The notes under the pieces: model-generated | Database searches by the model: none | What the model saw: the letters and a program-made list of their open reading frames with translations, nothing else | Told to the model about the DNA's origin: nothing | Part shown: positions 53,831 through 64,000 of the stretch, piece after piece | How the letters are laid out: the number at the start of each line of letters is the position of its first letter | Numbering within the stretch: the stretch's first letter is position 1 | Made by a program: the position numbers and the translations under genes | Assembly: GCF_006345805.1 (NCBI RefSeq) | Contig: NC_042998.1 | Span: 109,182,001-109,246,000 of the forward strand | DNA length: 64,000 bases | DNA from: Octopus sinensis | Lineage: Eukaryota | Direction of reading: 5' to 3'

Positions 53831-54399
53831 TAAAAAATGTATGTTTTGTTTGACAAGTTATTACAATTGTAATGTCTGAGGCTGATAAAACAGTAATAAT
53901 ACATAATTAGGTTATTGTTATAAACTATTACTTTCAATGCTTTCAAAGTACCCAGCTCCATTAATAAGGATCACCTAACCTGAAATTAAACTACCAAGTC
54001 TTTTACTTCGTCATTGATAGAAATAATACAGAATATTCTTTCTATCCTCTGGATTTCTATTCTTTTATTATTTTCATTTTGAGAAATATTTCAATCATTA
54101 TCCAAATCTTTTTATTCTGTCAGATGAAATCGTCAACTATGTGGCATATATTCTTATAATCCTGTTTAATTTTGTTGTTTTTTTCTTTTTTACCTTTTTT
54201 TACAATACTACTGTTTATGAAATATTTAAAAGATATTATATATATATATATATATATATATTATATCTCATAAACACCCTTTTCTGTGTTAGTATCCTTA
54301 GATTCATTTCTTTTCCAACATTTTCTTCTTATATAGGTTATGTTGCCTGTCTGTGTCTCTTTCTTTCTGTCATACTTTTGTTTTTGATTGTTTGTCATG

Positions 54400-55500
54400 C
54401 GTCGGATTAATGCCAACTCCCACAGTTTGCTGCCTACATTAAATGGATGATAGTAGATATGCTTATCACATTTTGTCCTTTTAATATAAGTGCTTTACTG
54501 ACTTATTATATTAATATTTTATTCCTTATATTATAGTGGATCTTACCTATGTGTGGTCTCTCTTCAATTGGGGTAACCTTATTCTCTTCTAGTTTTCTTC
54601 TAATGCTTTGTATTATATTTATCATTGTGATGTACGTATCTTCTCTGTACATGCATTCATCTTCTGTCTGGTTATTTGTTATTGTTTTAATACATTTTGT
54701 GATGGTCCTGTAGTCAAATGTTTTTGGTAGAACTAGTCTTCATAGATCCATTTTAGCTCCTCCTGCTTTCATTTGTTTGTATTGTCCTGTCATGTATTTT
54801 TCATTCTTACCTAGGTAGTTTTCCATTTCCCCTTTATATTTACTTGGCTTGCCTTTGATATCAAGCTATTTCTTGTGATATGTCACCTTACATTAGCCAA
54901 CCTATTACAACCTACATAAATTTTTATATTTCGGTTATTTACTTTTGCTTCTTATATGATAAGTTTGATCTGTGTGATTTTCCCATAGAATTTAATTAAT
55001 GAATGCTTCAATAACTTGATACATTTGATATCAACCACCTCTGTCTAGTGTATTTCTTTTCATAGACTGGTTTCTCAAAGGTCATTGTCAGTTTAGTTAA
55101 TATTTATATTTGACCATTAACCAAGTGTTCTATCTTAATTTCACTCATGTGTTTCTTTGCTTACTAGTATTGACACAAATGTACAAAGAATATTGATATC
55201 TTATTTGGTATTAGGTGGTATTTTGTTTTGTAATATATGAACTTGTTTTATTATTCATTGACTTGTGAATAAATATAGTACATATCAAATGAAAATCATT
55301 GCTTTTAGGTTTGTAATTTGATTTTTAGTTTCTCCTTATGTAATTACATTTATTGTGTCATCATATATATCGATATGAGACATTGACTATAGGCCAGCAT
55401 CCAGAATAATTATTCTGTTGGCTTTCCTTTTGTGAGGTTTATAACAGTTTCTGTATCATATTGTGAGCCTACTATACTCCTTTCTCCTATAAATTTGTGT
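54400..55500 (-). mobile_element. Possible highly decayed Penelope-like RT relic
   Basis: Minus-strand IYDDTINVIT*GETK...NDFH is weakly like the PLE motif YIDDIF..W.HG; heavily degenerate. Confidence 0.3.
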
Positions 55501-57399
55501 AAGAAATCAATTTTACGATTAGTATTATAATTGTTGTTATTACTGTCATATTTTCTTATATTTGAGACATAAAATTGTTAATTCCTTTTGTAACCTTGTC
55601 AATGGATGTTGACTCTTAATTCCTACTTCCCCTCTACTAAAATAATACATTCTGGGTCTAGGTAAGTGTAATTTTCATTCTTCCTCTTGCTGTTTTTGTA
55701 TATCATAGAGAGGCTGCAAGCTTTCTGAGAGATATTAGCACCTCATAGACATCATTATAACTAGGTAGGGTTGTTATCATACAGGTTATATAAGTCAACT
55801 CAGCATATATGACTTTTTTAGCTCTACTACTTGCTTATTTCATTGAATTTGTCATTATCTAAAACCATATTTCTAATTTCTGCTGATATTCCTTGGACAA
55901 AATATGGAATGTTTCATATTGCATTCCACTTTATCACTTTGAAATTATATCTGTATATTTATATCTGTATATTTATCAGAGTTTACTCATATATGTGTAT
56001 TTATCAGTTTACTTTCCTAGTACAATAAATAACATTTCTTGTTTGTAGAGGTTTAAAAACACTCTTTGTCACAATGAAAGAACTCATATTTCAGTTCTAA
56101 CTTTGTGCAATATTCTCTTGTTAGATTCTGCATATTTTCTTTTTATCAATTAGTCTAAGAAAAAATAAACTCTTGCAGGATTCTCCTGGAGATGTACTAA
56201 TGATGAAGATCTCGTCTCTGTTCATGTTGAAATTCTACAAGTCAAATCTGGGGTACCCTGGGCATAAAAAAGAATTACATATAACTTAAGTTCTAGGCAA
56301 GAAAGATTTGGATAAGAAATTGCAAGGTTGGTGATAGAAAATTACATAAATGTATCAAGAAATTTAGATAGGGATGCATAAAGGAGTTTCTAAGTATAGA
56401 ATAGCATTGATCAATATATTAGTAGGAGTAGCAGAACTAGATGAAGGACACATTATGTCAATATTGTGGTGGTTGTAGAATGTCAGTGAAAGTAGAAGTA
56501 TATTGGCATCAAAGACAATGAAGAAATATCCAGGTTGTGTGTGGACAGTGTCACAATGTCAAATATTATGGTGATTCAAAAATCTGTACAAAAATGTGTA
56601 TGTGTGTGTGTGTGTGTGCATATATTAGCATGTGTGTGTGCATGTATTAGTATGCGTGTGTACATGTGTTAGTGTGTGTATGTTTGTGTCTGTGTGGATG
56701 TGTGTGTGTTTGTGTATGTGTGTGTGTGTGTGTTAGATGATTGACAGTTGTATCATGAAACTGAATTACAGGGTAAAAATTACTCTAGCACAGCAGAATC
56801 ACTTATAAAGGACCTTATCAAATGACTACATGATCAAGTTAGTAGAAAATGCACTAATTGATAATTAGTACAAACATTGCTTTTTGATATTGTGTGCCAC
56901 CTGAGTCATGTCCATATAAGCTCAGATTGATTTTTATCTTTTATCTGTAACAAGTTTGATAAAAATAAGTTGATAACAAAGTACTGAGCTTGAAAAAAGC
57001 TGACATAAATCCTTGAGTCAGTGCCTAGGCAGTCCAACGATTTAAACCAGTAAAAGAATAAAAAAATTAAAGAATACAAAGGCATTAGAAAAACTGTAAT
57101 TTTAACCAGGTCTAAGGAGACCATAACTTATGTAGAAGAACATATGGCAGACAACAACCATAGAATAATCTTGTGTTATTGATAATTAATGGATAGAATA
57201 TCCAATCTTAACTAAAATAACTATATGAATGTATAAATATTATCACATTAGTAAAGAAAACATATGGCACAGATCCATAGCACATGGATGATACAGTCCT
57301 TCTGACACAGGAAAAACTGCAGAAAAAAATGTGCCTACACTTACTCTTCATGTAAGAAAATCTGCAGGTGATACAGACACTGGGTATGCCTGTGCATCA

Positions 57400-59000
57400 G
57401 CATTAATTGAATGCTGAACCTACCTACCTGGGGGTGCTAGCAATAAATGAATTGATGTCTAATCAATGGAACTAAATAAGCAGGAAGTGTATGATCCAAT
57501 ATGGTTAGGTGATGCCTGGGATGAGGCACAATGATCAGGTAGTCAGTTATGATGGAGACAATGTAGGCATTCACCACTTCTGCTCAACTTTTCAGGGAAA
57601 GCTTCCTTTCAGCCTATTCTGATTGAAGTTGGCTACTCCGCTTGTAATCTCATTCCACCTGGAGGTCTGGTCTGAACCTGATTCTGAGCAATGCAATTTA
57701 ACCATTCTTGTTGTACATTGATTTACTACACTGCTCAAAGGAGTAGAATAAATTTCCTCTCCCGGTGCCAAGCTGCAAAGACATCAACTTATTCAACCTC
57801 ATATTTGCATTGTATTCCTTTAGAATGGTGTTGACTATCTTTACTTCTACGGTGTCCAACATCATTATGATGACACCATCTACTTATATTGACACAACTA
57901 TTGTGCACCCCAGCTTGAAAGAATGCTACTCAAGAATTGTAGCTTCCATAATAATTACATGAGAGACAGTAAGTATAGAAAAGAGGAGAGATGATATCCT
58001 GATGGACCAACCATGCAACAGGAAGTGATTCCAGGAAGTGGCTATGCACTTTGACCATAGAGCAAGTATCACTATGCATATCTGTGATCTAGCATCTGAA
58101 AAACAGGCCCAAAACCACCAAGTAGCAATGGTCAACACTACTGAAAACTCTTGACTGACCCAAATTAACCAAAGTCAGGTTGGTTTTACACCCTTACTAT
58201 AATGTATTGTGTGAGGTAGAGGCTGTAGAGGGCGGATCTTTAGGAGATCACATTTGTTTGTGTTTCCTTGCCCAAACCACAAACAACAAGCACAAGCTTC
58301 TTTGCTAACACTTAGACCAAAATTTTAAACTCAACAATTAGCAGGTTTATGGACTGGAAATTTACCAATCCCAACTCCATTTTGTTTGTATCTTTACTCA
58401 GCAGCATTAATACACCAATTATTCCATTCTTTTGCCATCAGTTGCATTAGATATTTGTTCTGGCATTAGAATATGAAACTCATAGGACAAATCTTTCAGA
58501 CTAGGTAATTTGTTCCTTGCACAACCACCCAATATCTCTTGTATTTCAGTTACTGTTATTGGCCTTTCATAGTGTTTTGTGACTTCTCTGAGGATTTTTG
58601 GCAGGCTGTTAAGGTGAGTGCTAAGGTCCATAACTGCCTCTAACTCACCCACTCTGAACAATAGAACAAAGTGCTGCTGGAACATTACACACATTTGCTC
58701 AAAACTGAGTAGTATGTACCTGTTCCAATCTGCCAAAGACCAAATTGTGGCTTTGTTACTATGTAGTACCTCTACCAACGATGCCTATCAAATAGTTTTC
58801 ATTCCATCTTATTTTAGCATGTGAGCTCTAGTTCTGACCATGCAGCAATCATGTTTTGCACTGAAGAAATGGTCATAGCCCCTTCTTGCCACTAATACAT
58901 TAGTCACAATACCTTTGTTAATTGCCTCTTGTAGCTTATTCACTTGCTCTTCCTCTAATCTATTTCTCTCTGTAATCAGTTCCTTTGAAGGTCACATGCT
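57400..59000 (-). mobile_element. L1/Tx1-like ORF2 relic
   Basis: ORF 58419-58778: PITVTEIQEIL..CARNKLPSLKDLSYEF, resembling the pre-RT K.PG.DG...EFY motif. Confidence 0.5.
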
Positions 59001-60299
59001 TCAAGTAAGAGCTAACTATGATAAAAACTGAACAACAAAATTACACTGTAAAAATACTTTATAAGAGTAATTTCGAAAAGATTCTGGCCAAAATAAAAAA
59101 TATATAAATGGAATAGTAGTAGTAGTAATTGTAAACAGTCAAAATAATAAGAACAGAGATTTCAGCTGGAAATAGAAACCTAGATAAAAAATATCAGGTC
59201 AACAAAAGCCTCATAGAATCCATAAGCTCTAGAATAGTTACGAGAGAATTTGGAATGAGTTCAGAAAAAAATGACAGATAAATGTGAGAAGGAATCATTA
59301 CAGAATCATTTGTTTTGTACACAAGCAAGTTTATTTATATTGTGAATAGGGATATATGCATTAGAAAACAGTGAAATGAACAAAAAGAAAAAAAAATGTT
59401 TAATGGTATCTGAACACTATGTGTAAAAGGATGAGAACCACATTGAAGAGAAAGATGTGGAAAAGGCAGTATTCTATTCAAAGAAAATAAGTGAAGGCCA
59501 ATCTCAAAGTAGGAAAGGATATGAACTTGAGCCTGAAAAAAATTAGAAGGAGAAAGGGAATAATGCATAGCAAAAAAATCTGATGATCTTTGTAAAGTAT
59601 GCAATAAAAGAACCCAGAGAAATTTGTCAGATTGTGTAAAAAGAAAATCTGAAAATAATTTTGTAAAAATCTAATTTTCAAGAATTATGGATTTAATCCA
59701 AAATCTTAGAATTGTCTAAAGTGTATCATGGATTGTAAGGAAACATAAATAAATGTTAGTGGCAATACTTAGGTATAGAATGTACTCTATAAATTAAATC
59801 AAATGAGAAGAAACCTATATCTGATATATGCAGTAAGATTTTATACAGAGAGTATTGCAGCAATATAACTGGCTAGTTAAATTCTATAATAGCAGTGAAG
59901 GTAAAAGAGTAAAGAAAATTGGTCAATGATGCATGTAAGCTTATCACCATATTACTGAGACCTCTATCTTCAAGTTTCATTGTTTCAATGGCAGTTTATT
60001 GACTCATTTACATTTAAACAGCTTATCTCCAGGTTATCTTTTTATTTTAAGACTTGTTAACTGGAGAATGTATGGCATGTTAACACTTGTTTGGACGGTT
60101 GGTTAACTATTGGTGGCTTCTAGGTTGTCTGACTAATTATCTCAAAGTTATTGTTATCATTCTTAACTGGCACTGGAATTTGCATATTAACTCATAATTG
60201 CTTAATTGATTAATTTCAGGTTTCTTCATTTAGTTTCTCTTTTATATAACAGTCTAGTTGTTAGTAAAAATGAGATTAATTGATTATCTATAAAACTAA

Positions 60300-61950
60300 A
60301 TACTGTTTGAAGAAGATGTATAAAAGTGACTAATTGTTGGAAAAATTAATTTTAACAGATTATACAGATTTATTATTGTTCATAGAATTACCTCTTACTT
60401 CCTCTACTGCTTACCTTTTCATCTTCCAGCAACTTTCGACATTCTCCTATTTCACCAACTTATCTCAATGCTGTGTCACTGATTATCTTCAAATTCCTTC
60501 AATAATTGATATTCCTAGATTGCCTTATATGTTGTTTGATTTTTTTCAACTTCAACTTACTTCACAGTTGTTTGATTAACTTCAAATCAATTTACTACAA
60601 TTAACATGACTGATTATTCTTGCCTTTATCCTGTTCAATGAAATAGTTCTTTAGTGACTTAGTGGTGGAAAGGTAGTATTTTTGAGCATTTAGAGAAGGT
60701 GTATTTCAAAGTGGTTACATGTAATTTTTCCTGGAAAACTTGAATCATAAACTGGGCAGCATTCCTTTTCTTATGTCTGTATATCTCCCTTAGTTCAGTA
60801 TAGAAACAACAAATGCCATTGAAATCTGCATCAGTTTCCAGTTCAATTGTTTTGTTTTCCTTCTGATTTAAATTCATCTTGTGGATCAATCTTCTAGTTT
60901 CTTTGAATTTAACAAAGTTTAGAAGAGTGTTGGGACAAGGAGGCAGTTCTGTCTAGTTCAGTTGTCTAATAGTGAAACAAGAGAGGTGTCCTCACAATCT
61001 AATCAGTTTTAATGTTTTTGTTGATTTCCAAGCCGCTTTTCCAGCTGTGTTATATTCTGTGGAGTAAAGTAAGAAACATCTTCATTCCTTGTTATGTTGG
61101 GTTTTTTTCTCACAAAGCCAGAGCTTTATTCATATCTTTTCTTGTAATCCTATCAACAAACTTACATTTTTGCAGCTTCAGTGATTTGAAAGGTCTGATC
61201 CTGTATCATTTGGAAACTACTATGAAATTTATCTTTAACTAAATCATTTGGTATTATAGTTTGTGCATTTCATCATTCATGCAATGTGTGCATGTACTCT
61301 GTTTTATTTCACTGCTATGATGTAGTCCTGGTAATATTAGTGAAATACCAGCTCTTGAGTACAAATGCATTCAGATCACTTTCTGTTCTTACTTCTGCTT
61401 GAAGACAGAGTTAATGATGAGAAATTGAAAATTCCCCATATCATGTGTACTAATAATTCTGAGCCACTTCCATATGCTTTGTGTGATGCAGGCATTGAAA
61501 TTACCCATTATTATCTGTTTGTTTTTCTGTGATACACTGCATACAGTAATTTGAGGCATATTGTATCACTTCTCTTTTGCACAATCAGGGTTCATCATTG
61601 TAGGAATGTAAACACAAGTCTAGATGACACAGCAACCCTTTGTGATGGAATCTCTGAAATTTATGATCTGTTTGATGATAGACATTACTTCTTTAATTTG
61701 GTCATGATATTGCTTTTTATGGCAAAACCAATATTGAACATGTTCTTGCTCTGTTGGTTTTTTCCTTTAAAAGAATATGTACCCCATATTTTTGATATTG
61801 ATTTATTCTACCTGACTTGTCTCACAAAGTGTAGCTGCATCAATGCTGATCTTTCCAGCTCTAATGCTATCAGTGCCTGGACTGGTACATTATTTTATCT
61901 CAGACAGATTTGAATTCAATGATCAGAGAGTTAGAAAAAAATGCCCCAAA
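60300..61950 (-). mobile_element. BovB-like RTE endonuclease relic
   Basis: Minus-strand GFAIKSNIMTKL (~61700), IMGNFNACI (~61500, GDFNA-like) and LIINSVFKQ; many stops. Confidence 0.5.
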
Positions 61951-64000
61951 ACATTTTATTCTGAGGTCTAACAATTCATTACTTAAATAACAATAAAGAA
62001 GGCCATATGGTATAATAATCCTGAATTTACAATGTCTGAAATAAATGATTGGATAGGTTACTGTTAAAACGCATCTGATCATGGTTTCCCAACATTGACA
62101 TATCCCACTGGAGTTGTGATTGAGAATTAGAACTAAACAACAAAAAGAAGAACACTTTTTTTTCTTAGAATATATCAATTAGTTTTGATAATGAAGATTA
62201 AAAGTATTATTGGAAGAGTAGGTGAAATAATTGTTCTGTCATGCGCTTCAATGAAGTAAAAATGTAAATAAAACATGTTTATAAACCTGTCTGGCCAATT
62301 CAAAATAGTTATCTTCGTTTATGTGTTCATATTCATTGCTCTCTGTCATATTGATATCTGTTGTTAATAATTGTAATTGTGTAGGAGAAACATGTTTTTT
62401 GCAGACTGTTTCAATTGACAGCTATTATGCATCGAGTATACATGTAGGTGGGGGTAATAAGTTGAGTGAGATTTTGTAAATGCCATTATTGAAAATGGGT
62501 GTATAGAATCATGAAAGAAAAGTTAAATATTAAAATGGAAATTAAATTGTGGTAGTGGTGTGGTAGCAGTAGTGGTGGTGGTGGTGGTGGTAATGATGAT
62601 GATGAGGAGGAGGAGGAGGGAGAGGAGGGGGTAATAATAGTAATGGTAATGGTTTTAGGAATGATCCTGATGGTGGAAAGGATGAATATGAGGATGTCAA
62701 TATAGAGTGGAGGATGGAAATCTAATAGACCATCAGACAAAACCTTTTAGTATTTGGTTATGTCCTCCAACTTAATTTTACTTTCATGCTTTCAAGTCCA
62801 ATAAAATAAGTACCAGTCTACAAATATTGAGCTGATATAAATCACATGTACCCCACTGAAGATAGTGCCTTTCACTGTATGGCTACAGTCCAATCATTGA
62901 AATCAGTAAAATTATACAAGAATGTCATAGTTGTGTCCTTTCCATTCAGTTGACTATTATACAAAATTAAATAAGGCTAACTCTCCTGTGTTTGCAATTA
63001 GCTTCTCAATCTTAACTGTTTTAATATCATTGAGTTTTTAGAATTAATTTAGCAGAAATATGGCTACAGATAGTATGAATTTTTCCCAAGAGAAATAAAA
63101 CTTTGGAGTTTTGGAGAAAAATTTTAATATTATATTATATGTTACATGATATGCTATTTGTTTATTACTTCATATATTTATCTATTTTTTTATTCTAAGT
63201 TCAAAAATTTATTAGCAAACGATCTTTTTCTTGTTTTTTAATATGTTTTGGTATCCAAAAATCATTTTCCTAAGTTATTTAACTTCATTAATCTTCCGCA
63301 AACTAGTTAATTCAAGGATGCACACAAGGTTTAGGTGTCTGGTTATGAGAACAAGTTGAAATTATACACGATGTGAACTGCTTTATCCAAACAGGAAGTT
63401 GTTATGGTGAAATAAGCAGGATTAAAGAAGCTGTGTCCAACATACACGTTCAATTTCAAACTTAGCTAGAGTTCACTTAATTGTGGTAAAGCACTAAGTC
63501 ACAGTTTGGGTAAAACTTGGAAGCTCTTTTCTTATGCCTCTACTCAAAATATTTAAGCAGCTTCCAATTTTTATATAAAATCCCAATTTTTACTTTTAAA
63601 TACTCTATTAGGATTTACTTTATAAATTTAATAAGGATTTATTCCCTTCATGTGATTCAATTAATTATTGAAGTTGGTTTAAATTAACCTGGCTTACATT
63701 TCACCTATTTGTTGTTGTGTAGCCTCAAGTGAGCTTCAACCAAGCAGATCTATGCTCAAAGATGTTCCAGCTACAATTATTCTGTGATATTTTCAGACAG
63801 TGTATCAAAGATTGCAGTACCCAATATGTCTGTTCTTTTTTTAAGACAACAGGATATGATTTTAGGGAGATTTTTTTTAGTTGTTATTTCTAGCAAGTCA
63901 ATGACTTAATTTTCACTTGGCCATGATGGCTAGTAAAAATCATGAATCCTGCCCTCTTCTCTCAAATTAACTGTATAAAAAACAAATATTACTGTCATCC

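Larger units (their letters stand above)
18239..64000 (+). other. Putative downstream intron of HCN (>=45 kb)
   Basis: No exon encoding S4 (GRALRILRLAKLLSL.RLLRLSRL) or later HCN motifs found by eye. Confidence 0.6.

Overview
AT-rich, microsatellite-dense animal genomic DNA. The repeat landscape looks like a coleoid cephalopod, probably Octopus (inferred from recognition, not a search). I find one host exon: a 168-nt phase-1/phase-1 coding exon (18071-18238, +) of a hyperpolarization-activated cyclic-nucleotide-gated (HCN/Ih) channel, covering the S2-S3 loop, S3 and the S3-S4 linker. I found no neighbouring HCN exon, so the rest appears to be intron (>=18 kb upstream, >=45 kb downstream). It is filled with decayed mobile elements: R4/Dong-type RLE non-LTR retrotransposons, RTE, CR1-like and L1/Tx1-like LINE relics, Tc1 and Tigger/pogo transposase relics, tRNA-derived SINEs, MITEs and fold-backs. 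Best leads: (1) an in-frame alternative 5' donor that would add 11 aa just before the S4 voltage sensor; (2) an ORF-less ~550-bp element found only in (AAT)n arrays, with one copy truncated at one end and recurrent microsatellite polarity flips; (3) a Dong-like element embedded in (CATA)n rather than (TAA)n; (4) a sharp CpG-retention boundary near 7 kb. Repeat boundaries were read by eye and are approximate, and family names come from motif recall. No intact transposon ORF, tRNA/rRNA gene or CRISPR array was found.
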